Shown: positions 9,133-19,883 of the stretch, in pieces
Layout of the letters: each line of letters begins with the position of its first letter
How positions within the stretch are numbered: position 1 is the stretch's first letter
NCBI GenBank assembly: GCA_963753595.1
Contig: CAVWCX010000024.1
Span: forward strand, 123,496 to 187,495
Reading direction: 5' to 3'
Origin: Candidatus Methanoperedenaceae archaeon
GTDB taxonomy: Archaea; Halobacteriota; Methanosarcinia; Methanosarcinales; Methanoperedenaceae
Length of the DNA stretch: 64,000 nucleotides
Notes under the pieces: model-generated
Database searches by the model: none
The model's input: the letters and a program-made list of their open reading frames with translations, nothing else
What the model was told of the DNA's origin: nothing
Made by a program: the position numbers and the translations under genes

Positions 9133-11103
9133 TTATCCAGATAATTTTATATATGCTTTTGCTTCCCGAGTATCATAAATATTCGAATAATTATTATCTA
9201 GGTATTCTTTAAAATACCTCCCAAGAATCATGCTTGGATTCCTGTAACCTTGAACTTGAACTGGTATGTCCATGCTGCTTTTTCTCCAGATTAACAGCTT
9301 ATTATCTATAGACTCCCAATCAAAATCTCCTTCTGGTGTTGTTTGAAAAGCACTAGTATTACCTCTTTTCAAATACGTTTCGAATGGTCTAACAGACGTT
9401 TGAAGATCTGAAACAATATAATTTGAATAAGAATTGTTCATCTTAGCAAACATTTTCATTTCAGACTCTGTCCAGACCATCTTTTGATTTAACTCCTTTC
9501 CATAAATAGGAGAATCAAGATTGGAAAATGAATTTGTAATCATGAAAAAAGAAAATGTTGACAAAAGTACTAATAGAAAAATAATATTGTAGTGTTTATT
9601 TCTACTTGTGCCGACAAAATTGAAAAATCCAATACCAGCAAATAATACAAAAGTTGTGTAAATAAACGCAGGCCATCTATAGGGAGTAATATTCCTCATA
9701 CCCATTACAGGAAAGGCAAAGAAAATGAAGAATAACACAATTAGCATGAATATCAAAGAAAATATTGTTTTATTAGTATATTTTGTTGACAAACTATACA
9801 GAGACCCAATAATGCCAAAAAAGATGAATATCAGAAATCCAAGAATGTTAAAAATCGATGCCCAAGAATCTCCGATATTTGAAGTAGTACTTCGTCCCAA
9901 AAATTCAGCTTCTTTTGATAATGAATCAACAAATCCCCTTGTTATTGAATCAAAGAAGGGATAGGTTTGATCCATCCAATGAAAGGTCAATATTATTACA
10001 GAAAGCATGCAAATCGTAATACTGATTGGAAATTCCCCGGAGTATTTCACATCCCGACATATAGTTTTGAAAATAGAAGAACCGATATATAACGAAACCA
10101 ATGATAAAACTAAAATCATTGATGAAACCGTATGTGTCCAAACAATCAAAAATAGGAATAAAATTAATAACGACTTATAGATAATGGCAAATTTGTCCTT
10201 TTGAACGATCAATAGATAAATTCCAATAGTATATAATGCGATACCAAATGTCATTGCGATTACTTGAACGCTCCATTGTATGTGAAAATCGGAAAAATTA
10301 ATAAATAACATCGAGAACATTGCAATGTTCGTATTGTTAGTTAAATTCCTGACAATAAGATAAACAAAAATTGTACTAAGAACCAGAACAGTTCCTGCAA
10401 CATACATAGATTCTTTTACGGTAAAATCCATAAGAATACCTGTAATTGCAGTAAAGATGTGCATAATTGGATAATTGCTGTAATAATCGTGTGTCTGAGG
10501 TAAATAACTGGTACCAAGTAATGAAATATCATTAATAAATTCAGCGTGATACCATGGATCAGAACCTAGAGGATAAGGGGATATAAAGTATGCACTGTAT
10601 CTTAATATAAGAGATACAAGAAATATCTTAAAGATTGTTTTATATATATTAAAATTTTTAACCATATTTGTGGACAATATTTCCAACCCTAAAAAAGCGA
10701 CTGCAACTGAAATACTAATAAAGAACATTGGAGGTCGATAATAAGAAGTTGCAAGATAATAGCTAATTAATGCAGTCACAATACAAATCCAGTAGACAAT
10801 TTCAATTATTTTCAATGTCTTACCGTCAAAAATGAAAATTAGCCCCGTCTTTTCTGTTAACAATGCTTGCCTATTTTTCAAATACATGAGACAAGCTATA
10901 GTGAGAAATGGCCCCAACATTATCAGGTAATTATTGCTGTATATCAAATTTAATGATGTAATGAATATACCCAAAATACTTCCAATTACAGCAAATTTAC
11001 CATCAATTGAAAAAACATCAGATCTTTTTATTTTTCGAGCGATTAGTATATAGAATATCAATGTAAGGATTATGACAATCGGTGCAATCTCTTTGAATAG
11101 CAT
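9133..11103 (-). CDS. multi-pass membrane protein, GT-C-like (possible glycan transferase or polymerase)
   Basis: More than 12 hydrophobic segments; 'GSDPWYH' and 'YY.NYP..H' loop motifs; glycan-locus context. Confidence 0.65.
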   Translation of the reverse strand: MLFKEIAPIVIILTLIFYILIARKIKRSDVFSIDGKFAVIGSILGIFITSLNLIYSNNYLIMLGPFLTIACLMYLKNRQALLTEKTGLIFIFDGKTLKIIEIVYWICIVTALISYYLATSYYRPPMFFISISVAVAFLGLEILSTNMVKNFNIYKTIFKIFLVSLILRYSAYFISPYPLGSDPWYHAEFINDISLLGTSYLPQTHDYYSNYPIMHIFTAITGILMDFTVKESMYVAGTVLVLSTIFVYLIVRNLTNNTNIAMFSMLFINFSDFHIQWSVQVIAMTFGIALYTIGIYLLIVQKDKFAIIYKSLLILFLFLIVWTHTVSSMILVLSLVSLYIGSSIFKTICRDVKYSGEFPISITICMLSVIILTFHWMDQTYPFFDSITRGFVDSLSKEAEFLGRSTTSNIGDSWASIFNILGFLIFIFFGIIGSLYSLSTKYTNKTIFSLIFMLIVLFFIFFAFPVMGMRNITPYRWPAFIYTTFVLFAGIGFFNFVGTSRNKHYNIIFLLVLLSTFSFFMITNSFSNLDSPIYGKELNQKMVWTESEMKMFAKMNNSYSNYIVSDLQTSVRPFETYLKRGNTSAFQTTPEGDFDWESIDNKLLIWRKSSMDIPVQVQGYRNPSMILGRYFKEYLDNNYSNIYDTREAKAYIKLSG

Positions 11104-11178
11104 TTTATGCTCTCATTATAAAAAATTTTTATAATTTATAGTAGTCATATGCATGTAGATTTTTTTATAGCTTTAGTT

Positions 11179-12444
11179 TTATTGGGTTTGATTTTTTCTT
11201 GTATATTTTATTATGAAATACGAGCGGGTAATTCCGATAAGAATTAATGATATAGACGTAGCACTTGCAGCTCCAATAAGTCCAAATTGTGGAATTAGTG
11301 TAATATTCAAAAATATGTTCGAGATAACACCTATTACCCCAATCCGATATAGAATCTGGACTTTGTCAATGCTCCCAAGACATCCCCCTATAGGAATAAA
11401 TGCCCCATAAATTGAATAGCCAATTAGTAATATCAGCATCGGTGTATATGCAGGCAGAAACTCACTTGTAAAAATCAATGTGATCAGAAATTTGCCGGAG
11501 AATGCCAGAAATACCGAGATGAATACCATGGCTGTAAATGTCTTGGGGACGGTATTTTTGATAAGTTTTCGGATGCTATCAAAATCTTTTTTTCCGTAAT
11601 AGGTTGCGATTGATGGTGTTATTATTGTTTGCATCGCCTGTGGTAATAACGTGATTCCGCTCATGAAGACTATTGCAACTGAATAATACCCAACTTCCGT
11701 CTCGTTCATGTAATAACCGATTAGCAAGTTGCCGATCTGGGTGTTGATCATATCGATGGAGCTTGCAAGTACGACATAGAAACCGAACGTTGAAATATCT
11801 TTAAGGAAGGAGTTTACGAGTTTTGGAGATATTGCGAAATAGGCTCTAATAATCGTCAGAGAAAGCAAACTGACCAGTATTGTTGGGAGAACGAAACCTA
11901 TCACTGCACCCATGATATCCATGTTTAGCCATATTATCAGGACAACGGTAATCACCATCATCGATATGTTCTGGACAATGTTCACCGCAGCATACCACTT
12001 CATCCACCGGAGGCCGTTCAGTGTGCCTATGACAGCTTTCTGAATTGCTATGAATGGGAAGCAGAATGCGGTGATCTTCAGGAGGTCGGTCATCTCAGGG
12101 TTGTGGAAAAGCTGAGTAGCGATGATGCTGGAGAGCAAGTATAGTAGTATGCCCATCACGGAGCCGCTAATCAGAGAGCCTAAGATACCGGAGGTGCAGA
12201 ACTCCCGGATCTTCGTCTTGTCGTTGTGGTACTGGGCGATGAATTTTGTCATGGCTGCACCGATGCCGAATCCGGCGAACTGCAAGCCTAACATGTAGAT
12301 GGTGAAGACCATAGTGTAAGAGCCAAGTCCGGAAGGTCCAAGCACCCGGCTGAGAACGATTCTGAGCAGCAGATGTGAAATCGAAGCTGTGGCTAGACTG
12401 ATGAATGGCCATTGGATGTCTTTAACAGTTTTTGTGAGTTTCAA
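11179..12444 (-). CDS. oligosaccharide flippase (Wzx/MOP family)
   Basis: Motifs 'R.LGPSGLGSY', 'VGYYSVA' and 'LIPQFGLIGAASATS'. Confidence 0.9.
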   Translation of the reverse strand: MKLTKTVKDIQWPFISLATASISHLLLRIVLSRVLGPSGLGSYTMVFTIYMLGLQFAGFGIGAAMTKFIAQYHNDKTKIREFCTSGILGSLISGSVMGILLYLLSSIIATQLFHNPEMTDLLKITAFCFPFIAIQKAVIGTLNGLRWMKWYAAVNIVQNISMMVITVVLIIWLNMDIMGAVIGFVLPTILVSLLSLTIIRAYFAISPKLVNSFLKDISTFGFYVVLASSIDMINTQIGNLLIGYYMNETEVGYYSVAIVFMSGITLLPQAMQTIITPSIATYYGKKDFDSIRKLIKNTVPKTFTAMVFISVFLAFSGKFLITLIFTSEFLPAYTPMLILLIGYSIYGAFIPIGGCLGSIDKVQILYRIGVIGVISNIFLNITLIPQFGLIGAASATSISLILIGITRSYFIIKYTRKNQTQ

Positions 12445-12564
12445 ATCGAGTGTGAAATGACCGTTGACCTACTTCTAGTTAAGCATACAGTATTAAAAAT
12501 ACAAGTAAAGTAATAACCGATCTCACATTTTAAAGATGCAAGAATGGTTATCATTTTCTCGTAG

Positions 12565-13800
12565 TTATACTCCTTTGTAGGGTAAAGAATCTACTAATTC
12601 CTTAACAAATTTACCATTTAACAGTGCTTTTTCTTTTATAAAAGGAATTTTTATTTTCAATTCTGCTGTAATTTCGTCCCTTGATTTCCAAGCTTCTTTA
12701 ATGGTGGAAAATAATTTATCAGAATTCAATTCATCGACACCTATTATATATTTTTCCTGTCCCAACATCTCTCCTATGATTCCATACATTTTATGACTAT
12801 ATGCAATCCCTATTGTTGGTACCATCATCGAAGTCGAGGCGATTGTAGAATGCATTCTTGCGCCAATAAATAAATCACATAATCCTATTATACCTTTCAA
12901 TTCACTTGCCGAATATTCATTTGCTATTCTATATATCTTTGTTTTATTTCTGATTTTATTATATATAGCATTCAGCACATTTTTGTCACTTACACCTATT
13001 GAATATACGTGTGGGATAAGAATTACACTTGCATCTAAATATTTGGATATATCATCAATTACTTCTGCAAATATTGTGATAATTTCATTTTCGTTGGATT
13101 TTGATTCACTTTTTCTATACTTACTAATTAAGCCACTTGCATTTATTCCAATAAGTGGTCTCTTTATATCGCCGATCTTTTCTCTAGATAATATATCTAA
13201 AACAACGTTTATTGGAACAGGATTTAAATTAAAGGCTGAATCTGCGGTGAGATATACTTTTGGTTTTTTCACACCTTGATTATCTAAATATTTCTTAGAT
13301 AAACTTTCCCTAACTGTTATTACTTTTGTATTATTCAAGACACTTTTCGCAATAAAATTGAAAATCGGATTACTATAATAACCTAGACTTTCCCCATAGA
13401 GAACTACAGGTTTATCCAGCAAAATAGCATAGGATATATTTAACAGACTACTTAATCCAAAATTCTCCCCACTTAAATGATCTCCACCACTATTTATTAC
13501 CACATCGGTTATATAATAATCATACAATTTTGAATTTTTAGATATTGAAAAATTCAACCCAATTTTTTTAAAAAGGTGTACGAAGGAAGAATGCAATAAA
13601 TACAACCAAGGGTATGGATTTTGTAGTACATTAAAAGCTAATTGTTTCTTAATTGGAATTTTGTTTTGATTGGTCTCAAGACCCATGAAAGTAAATTCAG
13701 CATCGGGAATATATTTCTTAATTGTGTCCGTTGTTGACATTATCAAAGCTTGACTACCTTTATTTGAAACTCCCACATGTAATAAGAGTATTTTTGTCAT
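12565..13800 (-). CDS. polysaccharide pyruvyl transferase family protein (WcaK-like)
   Basis: Motifs 'NKGSQA', 'SGGD', 'ITVRESLS', 'GARMHSTIAS' and 'IAYSHK'. Confidence 0.9.
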   Translation of the reverse strand: MTKILLLHVGVSNKGSQALIMSTTDTIKKYIPDAEFTFMGLETNQNKIPIKKQLAFNVLQNPYPWLYLLHSSFVHLFKKIGLNFSISKNSKLYDYYITDVVINSGGDHLSGENFGLSSLLNISYAILLDKPVVLYGESLGYYSNPIFNFIAKSVLNNTKVITVRESLSKKYLDNQGVKKPKVYLTADSAFNLNPVPINVVLDILSREKIGDIKRPLIGINASGLISKYRKSESKSNENEIITIFAEVIDDISKYLDASVILIPHVYSIGVSDKNVLNAIYNKIRNKTKIYRIANEYSASELKGIIGLCDLFIGARMHSTIASTSMMVPTIGIAYSHKMYGIIGEMLGQEKYIIGVDELNSDKLFSTIKEAWKSRDEITAELKIKIPFIKEKALLNGKFVKELVDSLPYKGV

Positions 13801-13867
13801 GATCTTCTCTCCTTTTATCAGGACTATGTGATGATTTGTAAAATTGGTGTTCTTAAATTTTCGTTAA

Positions 13868-15205
13868 TTATTTATAAATTCGGTACTTTTCCGGTAGTTT
13901 CTTAAAATACTTTTTTGTTAATATTCCCAATACAATACCATAGGGCATATTATATATTTGAATGAATTTAGTAGGAATATTAGCCAACAAACTTTTCACT
14001 ATAACTTTTGAAGACATATATGAATTAAGACACATGTATATTGCAAGTATGTTATCAAGTATATCCGATTTAATTTTATTATTATTATTATTGTAATTTA
14101 AAAACATTTTATAGACTTTTCTCCTTGAACTAACATTTTTCTTTTTAAGGTAGAGCATTCCTGATTGTGAATCAATAACTTTTTCCAAATCGATTTCAGT
14201 TAATTTTAATTCATTGCTAGAAGTCATCATTTTTAATAAATTATCGGCACATATATTTCTTGTAATACATATTGATGTACCTTTATCATCAGATGAAAAT
14301 TCTTTTAGCCATGCATCTCCACAAGACAAATCTGCAAATTCACACATTCCATCGCTGCAAACTAAACAATGTTTTGGAAAAAAAAAGTGAGAGCCAATGA
14401 ACCGCCAAGATTCAGATTGTGGTATCATTTTGTTTTGTTTTGATGTAGTTATCTCCATGAATCCGGGCCATCCTCCCCCCCTATATTTAAATTGAATAAT
14501 GTCTTTTTTTTTAATATTGTGTCGTTGTAAAAATATATGTGTTGCCCACAAGTTAGGAGTATGGTTACAAAATATTCCAATATGTAATACAATTTTGTTC
14601 TTCAGTTCTTTATTAAATATTTCGGCTTTCCTTATTCCATTAATATGACACGGAAGTCCTACGACTGCAAATTTTTCATCTGTATTTGATTCTATAATAT
14701 ACTTTAATGCAATATTTGTAGGAACGGGACAATATTTTGATTGTGCTGCTTCAATGATTTCTTCTTTTGTTCTTGCAATAAAGGGTTCTGGCTCCAAAGG
14801 CCTATCTTTGTTCATCTTGGTAACTAAAGCGCCATTAATTATCCTTTTTTCTAAAGCAAAAATCAATATTTGTGTAATTAAACCACCAGAAGATGATTTG
14901 GTACGTATATCAATATCTTCTGAAAACCCTGCATAGGAATGCAAAAAATTTCCTACAAATATATTGTCTGGTTTCTTTCCAAAAATGTCATGATTCATAG
15001 AATCATAATTCATTTCTTCTCCAGGACATACTTTATAACAAATACCACAATAAATGCATTTTTTTTCATTTAGTTTTGGTATATAAATTCCTTTTGTTTC
15101 ATCAACCATCATTTTTATTGCATTTTCAGGGCACATTGCCGTACAGGTCCCACAACCAGTACAAAATTTATTATCCATGACAAATTCGATGGTTTTGTTT
15201 CTCAT
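13868..15205 (-). CDS. coenzyme F420 hydrogenase/dehydrogenase beta-subunit (FrhB) family protein with N-terminal 2x[4Fe-4S]
   Basis: Two CxxCxxCxxxCP motifs; 'SSSGG', 'SKY', 'VGLPCH', 'YRGGGWPG' and 'ADLSCGDAW'. Confidence 0.9.
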   Translation of the reverse strand: MRNKTIEFVMDNKFCTGCGTCTAMCPENAIKMMVDETKGIYIPKLNEKKCIYCGICYKVCPGEEMNYDSMNHDIFGKKPDNIFVGNFLHSYAGFSEDIDIRTKSSSGGLITQILIFALEKRIINGALVTKMNKDRPLEPEPFIARTKEEIIEAAQSKYCPVPTNIALKYIIESNTDEKFAVVGLPCHINGIRKAEIFNKELKNKIVLHIGIFCNHTPNLWATHIFLQRHNIKKKDIIQFKYRGGGWPGFMEITTSKQNKMIPQSESWRFIGSHFFFPKHCLVCSDGMCEFADLSCGDAWLKEFSSDDKGTSICITRNICADNLLKMMTSSNELKLTEIDLEKVIDSQSGMLYLKKKNVSSRRKVYKMFLNYNNNNNKIKSDILDNILAIYMCLNSYMSSKVIVKSLLANIPTKFIQIYNMPYGIVLGILTKKYFKKLPEKYRIYK

Positions 15206-15208
15206 CTT

Positions 15209-15568
15209 TTATATCCATTTAATACATTCGTTTTTGGTTATTCCCCCATCCAATCCCATTAAACACATACCCCTAGCAAATGAACCGTCGTTTATCCACA
15301 ACATTTCTCTCACTATCAATAACTGGATGCTTCTGTTCATTCGCATCAAGCCCCGAATACTCATTAAGTTCCAACATCGACAGCCTCCACGATCAACTCC
15401 GCCGCAGATATCGCCTGAGACAAGCCCCTTGTCCTGTGCTGGCATGGTGCAGGCTATCACTATCCAGAAAAGGAAACCAAAGAACGCTGCGAAGGCGGAG
15501 TTAAGCATCAGCACCAGAGAGTTGCGATATAAGAGGTCGGTGAATAGAGATATGAATTTTGTTATCAT
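15209..15568 (-). pseudogene. 5' remnant of a second flippase gene
   Basis: 'LYRNSLVLMLNSAFAAFFGFLFWIVIA' resembles a flippase N-terminus; the frame then degenerates. Confidence 0.6.
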
Positions 15569-15730
15569 TAAGGTGACTTATAAACTCCTGATTTGTATTT
15601 AAATGCGTGGGTGTTGTTATGTTTTTTGCTGAGGCGCTATGATTCTGTAATTATACACAATAAGTGAATTTTTTTTGATTAACCCTTATATTCTGAGACC
15701 CTAATGTGACAAAAAGGCTGTGGGACAAAA

Positions 15731-16719
15731 TTAACCGGGGTACAGGTTCATCAAATTATGCCAGACACCCATTACATGTTAAGGCTGTGTTTATACGATC
15801 ATCTCTTTTTTGTCCCACTTTCCATCCAAACATTCTTTTATCCGCCGAAAATCCAGATTCAGAATTGTTTCGCAAAAAATATTGTCTAAGATATGTCATT
15901 GTTTCATTCACAAACTCTTCCATTGTATCCTTCCATTTCCATGAACCATTCAATGTTGCATTTTTTCTCGGAATGACATAGACTTTTGCTTTCCCGAATC
16001 GATCTACATACGACGAGAAGCTATAATATTTATCAAGCCTCAAACTACCGATTTCGATGTCAATGTGTTTTAGCATATCCATCGCTTTATCAAAAGCTTC
16101 CTTTTCACTTTTCAAGCTCATTCCAAATGCCACATACATTTTGGACTCAAGATACATCAACTTGAAAGAATAAGCGAAAGCCTTGGTTCCGGAATACTCT
16201 TTTGTTTTATCTTTTTGGATTTGTGTTTCTGAAGCATAATGCTTTTTTATGGATAATGAATATCCCGTTCCATCTCCACATGCATTAATTTTCTTTATTC
16301 CTTTCTCCTTCATAATCAATATGTTGTAGATTGTGAATTGCCAATGATACATCATAATTTGAATATAATCTTTCCACTTTTTTATAATTGACATTGATTC
16401 CTGAAAGTAGAGAAAATAAATCAAGCATTGAAGCCATACTTCTGTTGCTTTTTCCAATCAATTCCTTGATTAATAGGATTGTTACGCTCTGTTTAATATC
16501 AAGGTCTGGCGGTCTTCCAGGACCTCTATGGATTTCTATATTTGTTGCTTCATTTATTAGAGGCTCAAGGTTGCAGATTGCTCCTTTGACCCGTTTCATT
16601 AATTGCTGTTCATATGTTCGCCAATCTCGTTTCTCTATTTGATTGCTTTCTTTGTATTTCTTGAGGAGATAATCATCTATGTCTTTTAGTCTGTCCCGAA
16701 TGTCTTCACTTCCCATCAT
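15731..16719 (-). pseudogene. DDE transposase of IS copy A, with two frameshifts
   Basis: ORFs 16285-16719 and 15756-16457 together align with the intact 328-aa transposase; extra bases near 16324 and 15772. Confidence 0.88.
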
Positions 16720-16772
16720 AATCTTATTTAGAATGCAAAGGCATATATAGATATCTATAAATATCTACTAAT

Positions 16773-16946
16773 ATGGCAAGAAATATTGAACTTAAAAAAG
16801 GGGAACTGACTTTGAAAGATGGCGAAATAGATGGTTTTCTGGAAAGGGTTGTTACATCATTTGGAACTTCAGCAAAGGCGGATGTTCCGAAAAAATATAT
16901 TGGAAGGCGTGTTTACGTGATAATTACTAAAAGTATTGAAGAATGA
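16773..16946 (+). CDS. small transposon-encoded protein (DUF2080-like)
   Basis: Translated by hand: MARNIELKKGELTLKDGEIDGFLERVVTSFGTSAKADVPKKYIGRRVYVIITKSIEE; lies inside the IS, divergent from the transposase. Confidence 0.8.
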   Translation: MARNIELKKGELTLKDGEIDGFLERVVTSFGTSAKADVPKKYIGRRVYVIITKSIEE

Positions 16947-17159
16947 ATTATAAACTATTTCTGTCCCACAGCCTGACAAAACAAAATTAATTATATCAAG
17001 ACATTCTAAGAAACGAAGTCAACTTGTTGTGGAATTTTATCAACGATTATTTATTCATAGTGTGAATTTACCCCAAGAAATTGGTGGATATTAAGTTTTA
17101 GTGAACATAGCTGTTCCATGACATTATCCATTTTCGGGGTTAATCTCTTCTCTGATTTT

Positions 17160-17963
17160 TTAAATTTTCTTATTTTGCTTAAAGGGGATACGCGACTTGA
17201 CCAAACATAAATGTTCTCCGTAACCAAAAATTTTTCGAACCAAATAATAAGGAACTAGCTTGACATCAACCAAGATTCGCCCTAGCTTTTTTATTGTCAG
17301 TTTCGATGACTCTTCTGGAATAAGGATATCCCTACCAACTGAAGGTACAATTGATAAAACAAATCGTTCATTAACAATCTCAAAACCACTTCTTTCCAAT
17401 AATTCATGAGATGTTTTTGGGGTAAAAAAATTAATATGCCCATCTGTATGATCATTACCTTGTTTTATAGGTGGTTTCCCTCCGAACCAATCACCTCCAG
17501 TTTCAAGTGGTGTTTTTATCAATGCAAATTTAGTACGATGTGCAACTAATGATAAGAATTGTTTAGGATCGGGTATGTGCTCAATAACATCAAACATAGT
17601 TATTAAATCGAAAATCTTCGGAGTTCCATTCCATAAGCAGAAATCCTCTTGAATAAAATCTATATATGGAAATAACTGTTTTCCGATTGATATGAAATCA
17701 GATGATATCTCAAAAACTTTTGTGTCAGGATAATCTTCTTGGGATTTAGATATATGAAATGCCATAGAATTAGCGCCAAATCCAAAGCATCCGCCAATAT
17801 CTGCATAAGTTTGGATACTTCCCAAAGAGGATATAATACTTTGACCATAAAGTTTCCATAAAACCGTACTTTTATATTGTGCTCTTGTAGTATATCCAGG
17901 CCTTAAGATTACTCTAGAAGGATAAGAAGAATAATACTCTTTTGGATCAAATCTTTGTGTCAT
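17160..17963 (-). CDS. class I SAM-dependent methyltransferase (glycan-associated)
   Basis: Motifs 'DIGGCFG', 'FDLITMFDVIEHIPDP' and 'HINFFT'. Confidence 0.85.
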   Translation of the reverse strand: MTQRFDPKEYYSSYPSRVILRPGYTTRAQYKSTVLWKLYGQSIISSLGSIQTYADIGGCFGFGANSMAFHISKSQEDYPDTKVFEISSDFISIGKQLFPYIDFIQEDFCLWNGTPKIFDLITMFDVIEHIPDPKQFLSLVAHRTKFALIKTPLETGGDWFGGKPPIKQGNDHTDGHINFFTPKTSHELLERSGFEIVNERFVLSIVPSVGRDILIPEESSKLTIKKLGRILVDVKLVPYYLVRKIFGYGEHLCLVKSRIPFKQNKKI

Positions 17964-18158
17964 AAATTGTTACCTCGTTGTTCTTTTTATATACTGTAAT
18001 TTTTGTAACAAATTTTAGCATATTTTCATGAAGTTTATCATCAACTTTCCAATCATTATAAATTCTATCTGGCTTCAAATAGACAAAGTATAACATTAAT
18101 TATAAACTTTGTATCTATACGTTGAAGGATTATATATGACTTGAGCCTCAGGCGGCTG

Positions 18159-19203
18159 TGTATCTTTTCCTGAAATAATTTCCTCATTCTTAACTTCTTT
18201 TACCTTTTATACAGTTTTCATAAAATTCACCAATCAAACATCTTAAAAGCAAAACCGAGCCAGACCTCTGGGTGCATCTTCCGTATGAATGCCTGATTTG
18301 GCGTTTCTGCCCGTCTTAAATTCAAAGATCCGTGAGGGCGATTATTGTACCACTCGATCATTTTATCCAGACTTTCAAATCTTGCCCTATGGTTCTTGTA
18401 AAAATCGTGAAACTTCTCCTGTTTTCCATTAGTTTGCGGATGATTTACACCGCATAAGATCTGCTTGATACCCTTCTCCTTAAGAAAAATTTCAAATCCA
18501 TGATCTGCATAATCATTTTTGTCTCGTCTGTTGGCGCAGAATTGCGATCCATGGTCTGATATTATGGACATAATCGGATACAGATGAGTAGTTTTTTCAA
18601 TAGCTTCATTCAGGACTTTCAAAGAGTTCTCTTCAGTAGCGTTGTCAAATTCTCCTGCAGACAGGAGTTTTCGAGATGCATCATCCACGATAGAACACAA
18701 CTGCTTTCCATTGACCTTACTTAGGTGCCAATCAATATGAACGGCTGATAGTGAATGTTTCCGTTCATATCGTATCCAGGGTTTTCTTCGTTTTTGCATG
18801 CTTTCTTGTTCCTTTGCAAATCCGAATTCGAGCATTACTTTATGTATTGTATTGTGAGGTATTCTTATTTTGCATCTTGAATAAATTGTTTTTTCCTGAT
18901 ACAACGCATTCAGTCTGAACATTTCATATTCCTGCTTGATGAGTTCTTTCCATTTTTTCGGAATATCCTTCTTTGGTCGCCCAAGGCCGACCCCTATTAC
19001 AGGAATTTCACCAGTTGATTTGTATATCTCATGGATTTGCCTGAAACGTCTTGGCGTAATGCCGAGAGCCTTGGCCGCCGATTTTTGAGAAGAGTTTCCT
19101 AAGTCATAATCTTTCAAATAAAATTTAAGTTTTCGCCTGTTATTGATTTTTACCACATATCTACATTTATTTAGAATGAGGAAATTTTTTTGGGAAAAGA
19201 TAC
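18159..19203 (-). mobile_element. IS481 family insertion sequence
   Basis: Imperfect ~31-bp terminal IRs GTATCTTTTCC-N8-TTTCCTCATTCT; starts with TGT; encloses an rve transposase. Confidence 0.88.
18227..19156 (-). CDS. IS481 family transposase (HTH plus integrase core)
   Basis: Motifs 'HIDWH', 'VDDASR', 'SDHGSQF', 'HPQTNGKQEKF' and 'YNNRPHGSL'; probable GTG start at 19156, inside the IRs. Confidence 0.9.
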   Translation of the reverse strand: MVKINNRRKLKFYLKDYDLGNSSQKSAAKALGITPRRFRQIHEIYKSTGEIPVIGVGLGRPKKDIPKKWKELIKQEYEMFRLNALYQEKTIYSRCKIRIPHNTIHKVMLEFGFAKEQESMQKRRKPWIRYERKHSLSAVHIDWHLSKVNGKQLCSIVDDASRKLLSAGEFDNATEENSLKVLNEAIEKTTHLYPIMSIISDHGSQFCANRRDKNDYADHGFEIFLKEKGIKQILCGVNHPQTNGKQEKFHDFYKNHRARFESLDKMIEWYNNRPHGSLNLRRAETPNQAFIRKMHPEVWLGFAFKMFDW

Positions 19204-19883
19204 CTAATGCTATCGATTTGTATATCAATCTTCTTTATCATTTCCATAGCTCTATTGAAAGCTTCTTTTTCACTCTTTAAACTCATTCCAAATGCTACAT
19301 ACATCTTTGATTTGAGGTCGAGTAACTTGAAAGAATAAACAAAAGCCTTAGTTCCAGAATACTCTTTTGCTTTATCCTTTCGTATTTGAGTCTCAGAAGC
19401 ATAATGCTTTTTTATCGTCAATGAATAACCAGTTCCATCTCCACATGCATCAATATTCTTAACTCCTTTTTCCCTTAAAATGAGTATGTGAAGATTATGA
19501 ATTGCCATTTCAACGTCATGATTAGAATACAATCTTTCTACAGTCTTATAGCTGACATCAATTCCGGAAAGGAGGGAAAATAAACCAAGCATAGAAGCCA
19601 TCATTCTGTTGCTTTCTCCTAATAGTTCTTTCAATAAAAGGATAATAACTCTCTGTTTTAGTTTTAAATCTGGAGGTCTTCCTGGGCCTCTATGAATTTC
19701 AATATTTACTGATTGATCTATCAATGGTTCAAGATTACGGATTGCTCCTTTGATCCGTTTCATCAATTGCTGTTCATAAGTCCGCCAATCTCGTTTCTTC
19801 TCTACCTTTCTATCCTTGTATTGCTTTAGTAGAAAATCATCTATGTCCTTTATCCTGTCTCTGATATCATCACTTTTTAGCAT
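19204..19883 (-). pseudogene. C-terminally truncated transposase of IS copy B
   Basis: Near-identical to the intact 328-aa transposase up to 'QIDSIR', then reads into the IS481 end. Confidence 0.9.

Larger units (their letters stand above)
15716..16973 (-). mobile_element. ISA1214-like (ISNCY) insertion sequence, copy A (diverged subfamily, decayed)
   Basis: Terminal IRs GGCTGTGGGACA / TGTCCCACAGCC; flanks TGACAAAAA and TGACAAAAC (9-bp TSD, 1 mismatch); divergent transposase and small ORF. Confidence 0.85.

Noticed and set aside
16285-16457. Programmed frameshift in the copy A transposase
   Set aside because: Sibling copies encode a single continuous ORF, and a second frameshift near the 3' end indicates decay
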